Source: Candidatus Sumerlaeia bacterium (GTDB lineage Bacteria; Sumerlaeota; Sumerlaeia; MVZB01). From it: 64,000 nt of DNA. The position numbers and the translations under genes were made by a program. The notes under the pieces were generated by a model. The model was not told the origin of the DNA and made no database searches. It saw nothing but the letters and a program-made list of their open reading frames with translations. The stretch spans positions 6,424 to 70,423 of the forward strand of contig JBDKRG010000038.1 in assembly GCA_039683515.1 (NCBI GenBank), written 5' to 3'. The stretch's first letter is position 1, and the number at the start of each line of letters is the position of its first letter. Below are positions 1 to 10,449 of the stretch, piece after piece.

Positions 1-1018
<1,018 letters not shown>

Positions 1019-1054
1019 CCGTTAATTCCAATCGCTTGCTATCCATCCGTTCGT

Positions 1055-1100
1055 TCGTGCTCGTGCGTCGTGCTCGTAATCGTAATCGAAAATCGAAAAA
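1055..1100. repeat. Hexamer/heptamer micro-repeat element (GTGCTC/GTGCGTC)n(GTAATC)n(GAAAATC)n
   Basis: Same ordered composite recurs at about 16693-16750, 24611-24655 (reverse), 28402-28452, 32398-32447, 55739-55825, 58090-58255 and 63922-63941. Confidence 0.9.
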
Positions 1101-1108
1101 TCTCACCC

Positions 1109-1543
1109 CTAAGCGCTCTTGAGTTCCCGACCCTCGTCAGTTGTCTCCGCCCCCGCTTCCGCGCTCTCCTCGGCCGGGCCGCTCAGCTCGGCGATGAGCT
1201 TGTCGAGCTCGGCCGGGCCGTTGTTGGCGGCGGTGCGGATCGCCGCGAGCCGCTCGGCGACCGAGCGCGGCGTGAGCCCGGCGCCCGTCCAGTCGGCCCA
1301 GCCGCTGTCGACGAGCTTCAGGGCGCGCTCGAACTTCTCGAGCGACTCTTCGCCGTGCTTGACGGCGTCGAAGATGGCCTGGCGCGAAACCCCCTGTTCG
1401 CGGGCGATCTCGCCGAACGACATGTCCTGCTCGAAGTAGCGCTGCATGAACGAGCGCTGTTTTTCGGTCAGCAGCCCGCCGTAGACGTCGAGCAGCAGGC
1501 TCATGCGGTAACGTTTCTGTGCCGAGACGACTTGCGAAGCCAC
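1109..1543 (-). CDS. ylxM: YlxM/UPF0122 family DNA-binding protein
   Basis: LLDVYGGLLTEKQR...DMSFGEIAREQGVSRQAIFD motif; directly upstream of ffh; GTG start after an AAGAAAGG RBS. Confidence 0.9.
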   Translation of the reverse strand: MASQVVSAQKRYRMSLLLDVYGGLLTEKQRSFMQRYFEQDMSFGEIAREQGVSRQAIFDAVKHGEESLEKFERALKLVDSGWADWTGAGLTPRSVAERLAAIRTAANNGPAELDKLIAELSGPAEESAEAGAETTDEGRELKSA

Positions 1544-1630
1544 GAGGCAGCCTTTCTTATTGAAAGTCGGGCCAGAGCCCCGACCTACCACATGCATGTC
1601 AAAGCCGAATGCTTTACATGCTTGGACAAT

Positions 1631-1660
1631 AGGATAGCTAAGCGGCAGGGGCAAAGTCAA
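1631..1660 (-). promoter_or_regulatory. Sigma70-like promoter for ylxM-ffh
   Basis: TTGACT-N18-TATCCT on the minus strand with an AT-rich UP-like tract upstream. Confidence 0.55.
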
Positions 1661-1720
1661 TTGAAACAAATAAACAAAACAACCCCGCGATTCATCGCTT
1701 GTCACTCCCCCAATTTTTCG

Positions 1721-1848
1721 GCCCCGGCGGGGCCGGCGCGAGTAGCCCCCGGCGAAGCGAAGCGCCGCCGGGGGTCAGGATGCCATCCAACACGCGCCCC
1801 GGCGGGGCGCCCGCGACATCAGGCTTGCGAGCGCCCGCTTCGAGGCGC
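1721..1848. repeat. Tripartite palindromic element (half unit)
   Basis: GCCCCGGCGGGGC - AGCCCCCGGCGAAGCGAAGCGCCGCCGGGGG - GCCCCGGCGGGGC; same short-long-short hairpin layout as 5168-5258 and 40671-40870. Confidence 0.75.
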
Positions 1849-1870
1849 GATGACTGTCAACCGAAAGCAC

Positions 1871-1901
1871 AAAAACACCCCCGCGTTCGGATCGCGGGGG
1901 G
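1871..1901 (-). terminator. Probable intrinsic terminator for the sigma/anti-sigma unit
   Basis: CCCCCGCG...CGCGGGGG stem followed on the minus strand by TGTTTTT. Confidence 0.6.
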
Positions 1902-1948
1902 CTGAATCAAGCGATAAAAGATTCTACAACGATAATTTAATATCCAAT

Positions 1949-2034
1949 CGCCGGCGAGGGCGCCGGCGCCACATTGCATCCGGCTGTTCTACAGAGTGGC
2001 TTTCTGAAGTGTGGGGCCGGCGCCCCCGCCGGCC
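1949..2034. repeat. GTGG-type REP-like doublet
   Basis: Inverted pair of GTGG(G)GCCGGCGCCC(C/T)CGCCGGC units; single copies at 6966-6990, 14803-14826, 55749-55771 and 56647-56670. Confidence 0.8.
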
Positions 2035-2055
2035 ATTCTATGAGGTCCATCAGGT

Positions 2056-3687
2056 TTAATGTCTCGATGAATCAGGAAAATACTCGGGCAAGGCTTTTTC
2101 GATCTGGGCGAGGTCGATCGCACGGCCATCCTTCCAGGCGCTGACGGTCAGGTCGGAGACGCTCTTCAGAAGGCGGTAGTTTTTGGATTGCGTGCTGCCC
2201 TCGATCATCACCCGGTGAGGGCCGTTGAGCCATTGGATGACCTCGTCCATGTGGCCGTTGGCCTTGGCCAGCTCGGCGTAGCGCAGGAGCCAGCGAATGT
2301 AGTTTTCGGGCTTTTCGCCAGTGTTTCTCGCCAAATTGATGGATGAACTGGAGGCGCCGTGGAACGCCGTCCGCTCCTCGAATTCGGCGAACGAGTTCCA
2401 TGTCGAGCGGGTGAACCCGGACGCCCAGATCGCGTCGCCGACAAGCTCCTGGAAGTTGTCCGCCGTGAATTCCTCCGTGACACGCAGCGGAATGTTTACC
2501 CTGACCTGCGGTTGGGTCTTATACAAGTCGCATGCAAGCGAATAGACACGCTGGCGCCAGTTCGGGCCCTTGGCCGCGCCGGACAGGTACAAATCGAGAT
2601 CGTTGGGGAACCAGCACACCCATGTCAGTCGCTCGCCCGGCTTTTCGTAATTCACATTGAGGAAGCCGAGGCCGTACAACCGGCAGTCGTCGCACATGAG
2701 CATTGGCGCGGCGATCGGCGGCATGGACCCGTCCGGCGTGCGCTCGACGATGCAGGCCACGACCTCGCCGCGCGGGCCGATCATGACGTTGCGCAGCTCG
2801 ATCGTGAAATCGTTGCGGTTGACGATCATCACGCCGGGCTTGTCGAACCGCGCCCGGGCGGCGGTCACGTCGCGGACCTGGTCCGGCCCCGGGAGCGCGA
2901 CGGCCAGTTTTTCGTCCGGAATGACGGGGTCGTAATCGATCTCCATCGCGCCGCAGGCGATCATCTTGCCGTCGTCGGGGTGCTCCCAATCCATGTCCCA
3001 TTCATACATCTGGACGATCCGGTTGGTCTCCTTGTCGGCCAGGAAATGGCGGGTATGGTATGGCTGTTTGCCCGCCATGTAGCGGACTTCCCAGACCTGC
3101 ACGGCGCGGCCCTTGTAGGTCGCGTCGGGCTGTTTCGTGACCTCGGTCTGGCGGTGGGTGGTGCCGATCGCGCCCTGCAGTTCCGTGAGCAGGTCCTTGA
3201 GGCCGGCCTGCGAGGCGAGCACGTCGTCCATCGTCTGCGCGCGGACGATGACCGGCAGGCGGTCGAGCAGCCATGTTTTCTGGTTCTCATTGTATAAAAC
3301 CGGCTTGCCGTCCCGGTACTGGATCAACTTGCCGTCGCGCAGGAAAACTTCGCCCGAGGGGATCGGCTTGTTGTTGCGCACCGTGTAGATCGTCGCGTGG
3401 AACGTCTCCCCCATGGCCGCAAGCGTCTGCTCGATCACTTCGGCGAGGCTGGCCTGCGGCGAGCTGGCGAGCATGAAACACAGCCCCGCGACGAGCAGCA
3501 CGGTCGCCGCCGACGCCGACGCCCAGCGCATCGGCGTGAGCCAGCGGGCCGGCTGCGGATCGCAACGCGGCGGCTGAGCGGCCGCGGCGACGACTTCGCG
3601 CTCCAGGGCCTCGCGGTGCGCAGGATTTTCAAAGATTGGAAGGGTTTCCTGATCAGCCAGAATCCGTTCAATATTTTCGGGCTTCAT
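2056..3687 (-). CDS. Putative membrane-anchored anti-sigma factor with a large extracytoplasmic domain
   Basis: ATG 3687 overlaps the sigma factor stop (ATGA); short N-terminal region, one TM helix (WASASAATVLLVAGLCFML), then SLAEVIEQ and a long soluble region. Confidence 0.7.
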   Translation of the reverse strand: MKPENIERILADQETLPIFENPAHREALEREVVAAAAQPPRCDPQPARWLTPMRWASASAATVLLVAGLCFMLASSPQASLAEVIEQTLAAMGETFHATIYTVRNNKPIPSGEVFLRDGKLIQYRDGKPVLYNENQKTWLLDRLPVIVRAQTMDDVLASQAGLKDLLTELQGAIGTTHRQTEVTKQPDATYKGRAVQVWEVRYMAGKQPYHTRHFLADKETNRIVQMYEWDMDWEHPDDGKMIACGAMEIDYDPVIPDEKLAVALPGPDQVRDVTAARARFDKPGVMIVNRNDFTIELRNVMIGPRGEVVACIVERTPDGSMPPIAAPMLMCDDCRLYGLGFLNVNYEKPGERLTWVCWFPNDLDLYLSGAAKGPNWRQRVYSLACDLYKTQPQVRVNIPLRVTEEFTADNFQELVGDAIWASGFTRSTWNSFAEFEERTAFHGASSSSINLARNTGEKPENYIRWLLRYAELAKANGHMDEVIQWLNGPHRVMIEGSTQSKNYRLLKSVSDLTVSAWKDGRAIDLAQIEKALPEYFPDSSRH

Positions 3688-4334
3688 CTCTCGCTCCCTT
3701 TCGTGGGCTGGAGTCGCGCGGCCAGTTTTCGCAGTCCGTGGTAAAGGCGCCATTTGACCAGCCCGACGTTGCTGCCGGTGACGCGCGCGATCTCCTTGAG
3801 CGAGAGGCCTTCGAAATAGCGCAGCGTAACAGCGTCCTGGTATTTGAGGGGAAGCCCGTCAATGGCGTCGTGAAGCGCCTTGAATCGTTCCAGTTGGATC
3901 AGCCGCTCGGATTGGGATAATCCCGTGTCGGCCAGAAAATCGATTAAATTGGCTTCGCCTGATTGGGCGCCGTCGATACTGACGACGCGGACCTTGTTCC
4001 GTCTGCGCAGGCAATCTGTGATTTCGTTGACGAGGATGCTGAACAGCCATGATGAAAACGGGCGGCCCGTCCAGCGGTAGCGCGGCAGGTTGGCAACCAT
4101 CTTCAGGAACGTCGCGGCCGTGACATCCTCGGCCTCGGCCACGCGCATCAGCCGCCGCATGGCGTAGTTGAACAGTCGGTCATAATAGATGCGGTAGAGC
4201 TCGGCCATGGCGTCCGGATCGACCACGGCCCGCTCGATGAGTTCCCGCCCCGCTTCACGGCGCCGATCGACGGCCGCGGCCCCTTCGCCCGCGCCCACCA
4301 TCCCGGCCATGAACTCGCCTTGATCGCCGATCAT
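3684..4334 (-). CDS. ECF RNA polymerase sigma-70 factor
   Basis: Region 2 (AEDVTAATF...FSSWLFSI) and region 4 (LPLKYQDAVTLRYFEGLSLKEIA...VKWRLYHG). Confidence 0.93.
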   Translation of the reverse strand: MIGDQGEFMAGMVGAGEGAAAVDRRREAGRELIERAVVDPDAMAELYRIYYDRLFNYAMRRLMRVAEAEDVTAATFLKMVANLPRYRWTGRPFSSWLFSILVNEITDCLRRRNKVRVVSIDGAQSGEANLIDFLADTGLSQSERLIQLERFKALHDAIDGLPLKYQDAVTLRYFEGLSLKEIARVTGSNVGLVKWRLYHGLRKLAARLQPTKGSER

Positions 4335-4354
4335 CTCCAGCCTCTCACCATTGC

Positions 4355-4381
4355 TAACGGGATCGGGGCCGGGAAGTTAGA
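4355..4381 (-). promoter_or_regulatory. ECF-type, probably autoregulatory, promoter
   Basis: Minus strand TCTAAC-N16-CGTTA about 20 nt before the sigma gene; fits the generic AAC...CGT ECF promoter pattern. Confidence 0.55.
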
Positions 4382-4388
4382 AATAAAT

Positions 4389-5129
4389 TTAAAGCCGTTT
4401 GCGTTCACAGAACCGCTGCTGGCGAATGTATTTGGGGATAAATAAGATCATCAACGGCAGGCAGATTCCGCCCATGAAGAGAAGCATCACGACGTCTTCG
4501 TTATCGATCAAGTCATACCTGATCGTGATCAACCCGATGGCCGGCACGGCGGCGGCGAACACAATCAGAAAAATCATCTCTCCCATCCATTTCATCCACG
4601 TCGTCGGATCGGACCAGACGAGCGTCGATTTTTCGCGCCAGTCGTCGTAGCCGAACGGCTCGGCAAGGCGCTCGCGCACCAGCTTGTAAACGTCCCAAAT
4701 ATCCTTGATCCGCATGCTCGAACTCGTCATCCATATGCTTTGGTTGGGCATGACGATTTTCTCGCCGCTTGCGCCGACGAGCACCATCGGCGTCCATTTG
4801 ACTTTCGCGATTTCGTCCCACGCGAGCCGAACCGTCGCGCCGCGCCGAGGCTCGAACGAGACGCCCTGCGCGTCGATCGTCCACGTGCCGCGTGGACTCA
4901 TCAGGTAAATGAGACCAAACGAACCCAATGTTAACGTAAATATAAACGCGATGAATAAGACGGCGTTCAGGGCATCGGGGCGCCTGGCCGGTTCCGCGCC
5001 GAAATACGCGAATGGCAGAATGACCGCGAGGAACGCCTGGATGGCAATGAGACCCAGCCACCCCTGGCGCCGCGCCTTCGGCGACTCGGTGGTGATCACG
5101 ATCGGTTCGCTGGGCTCTGCACTCTGCAT
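4389..5129 (-). CDS. Hypothetical membrane protein (4 TM, possible bPH-like soluble domain)
   Basis: Two pairs of hydrophobic helices flank a WTIDAQGVSF...RLAWDEI segment; no family recognised with certainty. Confidence 0.65.
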   Translation of the reverse strand: MQSAEPSEPIVITTESPKARRQGWLGLIAIQAFLAVILPFAYFGAEPARRPDALNAVLFIAFIFTLTLGSFGLIYLMSPRGTWTIDAQGVSFEPRRGATVRLAWDEIAKVKWTPMVLVGASGEKIVMPNQSIWMTSSSMRIKDIWDVYKLVRERLAEPFGYDDWREKSTLVWSDPTTWMKWMGEMIFLIVFAAAVPAIGLITIRYDLIDNEDVVMLLFMGGICLPLMILFIPKYIRQQRFCERKRL

Positions 5130-5167
5130 TGATACTACTTCGCCCCTTCGCTGAAAGATCGAATTTT

Positions 5168-5258
5168 TGCGCTGAAGGCGCAAGAGAATATAGCCTGGGG
5201 CGGAGCGAAGCGCAGCCCCAGGTTACGAATCCATATCGACCGAAGCGCTGAAAGCGCG
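5168..5258. repeat. Tripartite palindromic element (half unit)
   Basis: GCGCTGAAGGCGC - TATAGCCTGGGGCGGAGCGAAGCGCAGCCCCAGGTT - AGCGCTGAAAGCGCG; the core is identical to about 40692-40727. Confidence 0.85.
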
Positions 5259-5278
5259 AAAGAAAGCTGTCAAACCGA

Positions 5279-6151
5279 TCACGACTCGCGCAGTATCCGG
5301 AACATCCGCCTGAACTCCTCGGGCCGGAGCATTTCGGCGCGGGTGTTTTCGTCGTGGCCGATTTTTTCCAAGGCGGCGGTGGCCAGCTCCTTCATGCCCG
5401 GCACGCCGAGCCGCGCCGCCAGCGAATTGACCATCTTCTTGCGCCGTTGGTTGAACGCGGCGTCGATGAATTTCGACAGGCCGGGCCATTCCTCGGCCGT
5501 CGGTTGCTCTTCGGCCGCGACCGGCTCGAACGACACGACCGTGGCGTCGACCTCCGGCGGCGGCGAGAACCGGCGCGCCGGGACTTCCATCAGCCGCGAC
5601 GCGCGCCACCACATCGCGAGCTTCACGCTGAGCACGCCGTAATCCTTGCGTCCCGGGGGGCTCACGATCCGGTCGGCGACCTCGCGCTGGACCATGAACA
5701 CCATCCGCGACCACGGCAGCCCCGGCCCGCACTGGTCGAACAACAGCGGCGAGGTGATCTGAAACGGCAGGTTGCCGGTCAGCTGCATGCGCGTCAGGTT
5801 CAGCTCCGCGGCGCGCTCGCGCGCGATCTCGACCAGATTGATCCGCATCGCGTCGCCATAAACAAATTGCACCGACAGGGCCGTGCCGAACGCGTCGGCG
5901 TGGATCGGCTTGAGCCGTTCATCCAATTCGATCGCGGTGACGGCGCCCGCCCGCGCCGCTAAATTCGTCGTGAGATAACCGGGCCCGGCGCCGATCTCGA
6001 CGACGTGCGAATCGGGCCCGGCCTGAACGTCGTCGGCGATCCGCCCGAGCAGTTGTTCATCGATCAGGAAATGCTGCCCCAACCGCCGGGTCTGATGGAT
6101 GCCCTTGAGCTTGAGCTGGAGCTTGAGGAAGTCGATGGTGGGCAGGGACAT
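5279..6151 (-). CDS. rsmA: 16S rRNA m6,2A dimethyltransferase RsmA/KsgA
   Basis: LGQHFLID, VEIGAGPG, GNLPFQITSP, MVQREVADR, FSPPPEVD and FNQRRK motifs. Confidence 0.97.
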   Translation of the reverse strand: MSLPTIDFLKLQLKLKGIHQTRRLGQHFLIDEQLLGRIADDVQAGPDSHVVEIGAGPGYLTTNLAARAGAVTAIELDERLKPIHADAFGTALSVQFVYGDAMRINLVEIARERAAELNLTRMQLTGNLPFQITSPLLFDQCGPGLPWSRMVFMVQREVADRIVSPPGRKDYGVLSVKLAMWWRASRLMEVPARRFSPPPEVDATVVSFEPVAAEEQPTAEEWPGLSKFIDAAFNQRRKKMVNSLAARLGVPGMKELATAALEKIGHDENTRAEMLRPEEFRRMFRILRES

Positions 6152-6170
6152 TTTTTATCCATTTCATATG

Positions 6171-6228
6171 AACCACTGAGACACGGAGACTCGGAGAATT
6201 CTCCGTGCCTCAGTGTCTCCGTGGTGAA
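6171..6228. repeat. 9-bp-period inverted micro-repeat hairpin
   Basis: ACCACTGAGACACGGAGACTCGGAG...CTCCGTGCCTCAGTGTCTCCGTGGT; related units at about 12713-12732, 28460-28495 and 54395-54478. Confidence 0.75.
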
Positions 6229-6240
6229 AATTTGTTTCAA

Positions 6241-8922
6241 TCAATATTCCAATCCGTCCGCATCAAAGAAACTTCTCATGGAGTGGAGAACCTCATCCCC
6301 GCCGACGCAATGAATGTTTTGCGTCGGCAGGCTGCGCAGGAACATCCTGCCGTAATGCCGCGTGTTGACGCGGCGGTCGCAGATGAGCACCACGCCCCGG
6401 TCGCCGCGGTGGCGGATCAACCTCCCGAATCCCTGCCTGAACCGGATCACCGCCTGCGGCACGATCATGTGGTAAAACGGGTCGAGCCCCTTGCGGCGCA
6501 GTTCCTCGATCCGCGCCTCGACGAGCGGCTCGCCGGGAACCCCGAACGGCAGGCGCGTCAGCACCAGGCACGACAATGCCTCGCCCTGGAAGTCGACCCC
6601 TTCCCAGAAACTCGACGTCGCGAACAATACCGAGCCGATCTCGCGGCGGAACGATTCGGTCAGCAGCGTGCGGCTCGCGGTTCCCTGGCGCAGGCACGGG
6701 TAGCCGAGGTCCTCCAGTTGCGGCGCGAGGCGCTTGTGGACGCGATCGAGCAACGAATACGCCGTGAACAGGATCATCGCCCGCCCGCGCGAGATCTCGA
6801 GCGCGGGCGCAAGGAACCCGCTCAGCGCCCCTTCGAATTCCGCCGCGGTCGGCTCGGGCAGGTCCATCGGCACGCCGACGTAGACCTGCCGGTCGTAGTC
6901 GAACGGGTTGTCGAGCGCCATCGTGCGCAGCGGCCGCGCCGCCGGCCCCGTGTCGTTTTCGGAAAGGCCGGCGGGGGCGCCGGCCCCACATTGGTCGACC
7001 TGGGCGCTCGGCTGCATCGCGTTCTGGCCGACGACGCCGAGGAGGAACGGATCGTCCGCCCCGACCTGGCGCAGGAAGTAATCGAACCGCCGCTCGACGG
7101 TGAGCGTCGCCGACGTCATCACGACCGTGTGGTGGCGGCGCAGGACGTTTTCGCGCAGCGAGGCGGTGACGTCGAGCGGCGCGATGCACCACGTCACTTC
7201 CGGGCCGCGGCGGCTCTCGGGCCGGCGCCGATACTCGATCCAGCGGCAGTGGCCGTCCGTGTCGCCGATGAACCGCATGAGCCGCGCGGCGACCGACTCG
7301 ACCTTGTTGATCGCCGACTGCAGCTCGAGGATCGGCGTGGCTTCCTCGGGCGTGGCGTCCTCGAGGAACCGCGAGAGAATCTTTTCCACCTCGCGCAGCT
7401 TCTCGACGTACTGGCGCGCGGCCGTGAGCACGGCCCTGAGAGGCGCGTCCCCCTCATCCTCCCACCACGCGGGCGCGTTCGTCTCCTCGATCCGCTTCTT
7501 GATCTCGACCGGCCGGTTGAGCGGCACGTTGGACTCGCGGTCGAGCGCGTCGGCCAGGCGCTCGGTCGCCTCGTCCATCGCGTGCACCACTTCGCCGTGG
7601 AGCACCGGCAGCTCGCGCATCAGCTTGAGCAGCAATTCGTCGTGCTCGGACGCGGTGACCGGCCACAATTTTTCGTGAATTCTATTTGATAAAAAATTCA
7701 ACAATCCATCGCCCGTCTTCGGCGCCATGAGCCGGCGCATCGCGTAGCGCAGCGCCCCGCGCCCCGCCCGCGCGCCGAAATACTCCGTCGCCACGGGCTC
7801 CAGGTTGTGCGCCTCGTCGACGATCACGCGGTGATACGACGGCAGGACGGCGGTCGCCGACCAGTTGCCGGTCTCGGCCCGGATCGCGATGTCGGCCATC
7901 ATCAGGTGATGGTTGACCACAAGGATGTTGGCGCGCGCGGCGCGGCGGCGCGCGTTGTAGAAAAAGCATTTCTGGTAATGCGGGCAGCGCGTGCGCAGGC
8001 AGTTGTCCCCCTCGCTCGCGACCGATTCCCACACGTCCTCGTCGGGCCGGAACGGCAGATCGTCGCGCCCGCCGTCGCGCGTCGTCTTGACCCACGCCTG
8101 GATCTCGACGAGCTGCTCGTCCTTCTCGCCGAGGACGATGAACCCGGCGTGATTCTTGAGGTATTCGGCCTTGCGCAGGCACAAATAATTGTTGCGCCCC
8201 TTCATGAGCGTGGCTTCGAACTTGAGCCCCGACGACTGCAGGATCGTCGGCAGGTCCTTCTCGATGAGCTGCTCCTGCAGGTTGATCGTGCCCGTGGAGA
8301 CGACGACCTTTTCCTGGTTGCGCAGCGACCACGCGATCGCCGGCAGCAGGTACGCGAGCGACTTGCCGGTGCCGGTGCCGGCCTCGATGACGGCGAGGCC
8401 GTCGCGGTTGAACGCCTCGGCGACGGCCGTGAGCATCTGGCCCTGCTGCGGCCGGTCCTCGTAGCCGTCCATCGACTCGGCGATCCGCCCGCCGGGCCGC
8501 AGCCAGTTGGCGAGCGCCTCGGCGTCGATCGGCTCGAGCCCCGGCCGCTTCATGGCCTTCACCACGACGCGCACCGCCGAGCAGTCGTTGTTGACGATGT
8601 AGGAGCCGATCCCCTGGCCGCCGAGCTCGCTGCTCACCGCGATGTCGGCGTCGGAGGGCTCGAGATTGCCCGACGGGTGGTTGTGGATGACGATGTCGCC
8701 GGGCCGGGCGTATTGCATGAGGGCCGGGACGGCGCGCTTGTTGCCGAACGCGTAGGCCTCGACTTCCTCGATGCGCAGCGCCGAGTCGAGCCGGGCGATG
8801 AAATAGACCTCGGCCCCGCCGACGTCGGCGATCTCGCGCCGGATCTGCTCGCGGCACTCGGGCAAAATCAGCGCGTCGAGCCGGTCGGTTGAAATGGCGG
8901 GGGTGGGCTGGGAGTCGGACAT
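6241..8922 (-). CDS. DinG/YoaA-family ATP-dependent helicase with an N-terminal JAB/MPN domain
   Basis: HNHPSGNLEPSDAD (JAB), EAGTGTGKS, KGRNNYLC plus Fe-S cysteines (CLRTRCPHYQKC), DEAH, SATL, FWEGVD, QGFGRLIR. Confidence 0.93.
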   Translation of the reverse strand: MSDSQPTPAISTDRLDALILPECREQIRREIADVGGAEVYFIARLDSALRIEEVEAYAFGNKRAVPALMQYARPGDIVIHNHPSGNLEPSDADIAVSSELGGQGIGSYIVNNDCSAVRVVVKAMKRPGLEPIDAEALANWLRPGGRIAESMDGYEDRPQQGQMLTAVAEAFNRDGLAVIEAGTGTGKSLAYLLPAIAWSLRNQEKVVVSTGTINLQEQLIEKDLPTILQSSGLKFEATLMKGRNNYLCLRKAEYLKNHAGFIVLGEKDEQLVEIQAWVKTTRDGGRDDLPFRPDEDVWESVASEGDNCLRTRCPHYQKCFFYNARRRAARANILVVNHHLMMADIAIRAETGNWSATAVLPSYHRVIVDEAHNLEPVATEYFGARAGRGALRYAMRRLMAPKTGDGLLNFLSNRIHEKLWPVTASEHDELLLKLMRELPVLHGEVVHAMDEATERLADALDRESNVPLNRPVEIKKRIEETNAPAWWEDEGDAPLRAVLTAARQYVEKLREVEKILSRFLEDATPEEATPILELQSAINKVESVAARLMRFIGDTDGHCRWIEYRRRPESRRGPEVTWCIAPLDVTASLRENVLRRHHTVVMTSATLTVERRFDYFLRQVGADDPFLLGVVGQNAMQPSAQVDQCGAGAPAGLSENDTGPAARPLRTMALDNPFDYDRQVYVGVPMDLPEPTAAEFEGALSGFLAPALEISRGRAMILFTAYSLLDRVHKRLAPQLEDLGYPCLRQGTASRTLLTESFRREIGSVLFATSSFWEGVDFQGEALSCLVLTRLPFGVPGEPLVEARIEELRRKGLDPFYHMIVPQAVIRFRQGFGRLIRHRGDRGVVLICDRRVNTRHYGRMFLRSLPTQNIHCVGGDEVLHSMRSFFDADGLEY

Positions 8923-9080
8923 AAGGCCTCACACCTGCCGCTACGCGGCAGGTGTTGGAGCCACCTTAGCACACGATTTCATGATTTTGAGAAACAAAAT
9001 CAGGCCCCGCGCGTCTAATGTATTTGAATGTAGCCGCTTACGCTGCCGCCGAAGATTCAATGAATTGAGAAACGAGTAAA

Positions 9081-10406
9081 ATGCCGGAACAAAAACCGCC
9101 CAGTGAGAGGAAAATCATCGACCTCTACGTCAGGGTCGCGATCCTGATCGTCCTTGGCTTCCTCATTTATGCACTCTTGTGTCATGGCGTCTCTTCGGGA
9201 CAGAAACAGCGACTCACGGAGCTCGGCGCGAGGGTCGAAGCCCTGCATCAAAATGCATCTGCGAACCACACCGTTTCATCCAACGCCGCCACAAGCGCCT
9301 CGTTGGCCCGCGCCGCCGCCCAGACGCGTTGCAATCAGCTCGCCCGGGAAATCTTCGGCGAATTTAAAATCGTTTCCAAGGACAACGATGCGAATAAAAA
9401 ACTGGCGGACAAGCTGCTGCCCAAGGCGCGCGAGTTGGCCTCGCTCTATGACCGGCACGTCAGGGTTTCTGAAAACGTGAAGATCGATCTTTGCACAAAT
9501 GATCGATTCTCCTTGATGGGATACCTTGTCGGAGGCCTGACGAAGGAATCCGGTTATGTGAAGATTGTTCTAAAACGTGACATGAACTCGCCGGGAACCC
9601 CCAAGGCTGTTGCGGGGGACGGCTCGACGGAGGACATCACGCCGGACCAGGTCGTCAATGCCCTGATCCCGGCCGCGAAATTCCTGCGAGTGATGGGCAT
9701 GCCGGAACACACCGATCCGGTCGCGGATGCCTTGCAGTTCATGTTCGACCCGGACCCGATGGACGCAAACGCGAAAAGCTCGCCGATCACCGCGACGCTT
9801 CAAGCGCTCGATCTCAACCTGATTTCGCCGCAGGAGCCGTGGATGTGGCAGAAACAGATTCCATATCATGTCCAGATCGCATTGACCGAGGCCAACGATC
9901 TGGCTCAACGCCTCTCGACCTTCCAGGGCACATACGATTACGTCGGCGCCGGGCCCAACGAGTTCACGCATTACTTCAACGTGCTTAAGTATATGCCATT
10001 TCGCCAGCGCGACGTTGAACGGCGGCTTGAGAAGGCCGAGGATCTCGCCTCACGAGCGGACAAGATCACGACCTACCAGGACCTGTTCACACCCGGACTT
10101 TCCAATCAAGGCCGCGGCAATGTTGGCATCAACTCGCAAGGCCAGGCGCGGGCGCGTCTGGCGTGCGCGGCGATCGAGATGCTGCGCGGCAACCCGGCGC
10201 CGAGCGAGGCCGGACCGGCTTCGAATTTCTACGACATCTACACCGGCGGCCGCGTGCAGATTCAGAAGACACCGATCCAGAACGGAAACGTCCGCGTGAA
10301 GCTGATCACGAACTGCAGCGCCCCGGGCAAGAACTACGCGTGGGGCGCCACCGATTTCAGCTTCGTCGTGCCGGCGAATCACCCGTGCCTGAACGGGTTA
10401 AAATAG
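9081..10406 (+). CDS. Hypothetical protein with an N-terminal membrane anchor
   Basis: 441-aa ORF with normal amino-acid composition and one N-terminal TM helix; no family recognised. Confidence 0.7.
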   Translation: MPEQKPPSERKIIDLYVRVAILIVLGFLIYALLCHGVSSGQKQRLTELGARVEALHQNASANHTVSSNAATSASLARAAAQTRCNQLAREIFGEFKIVSKDNDANKKLADKLLPKARELASLYDRHVRVSENVKIDLCTNDRFSLMGYLVGGLTKESGYVKIVLKRDMNSPGTPKAVAGDGSTEDITPDQVVNALIPAAKFLRVMGMPEHTDPVADALQFMFDPDPMDANAKSSPITATLQALDLNLISPQEPWMWQKQIPYHVQIALTEANDLAQRLSTFQGTYDYVGAGPNEFTHYFNVLKYMPFRQRDVERRLEKAEDLASRADKITTYQDLFTPGLSNQGRGNVGINSQGQARARLACAAIEMLRGNPAPSEAGPASNFYDIYTGGRVQIQKTPIQNGNVRVKLITNCSAPGKNYAWGATDFSFVVPANHPCLNGLK

Positions 10407-10449
10407 CGCGGTGACTGCGACCGGACGAACCGGCCGGCGGGCAAAACGT

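Noticed and set aside
1700-1900. Possible SRP RNA (ffs) near ylxM-ffh
   Set aside because: The helix 8 signature (CAGG...GNRA...AGCAG) is missing; the hairpins match the tripartite repeat family and a terminator.
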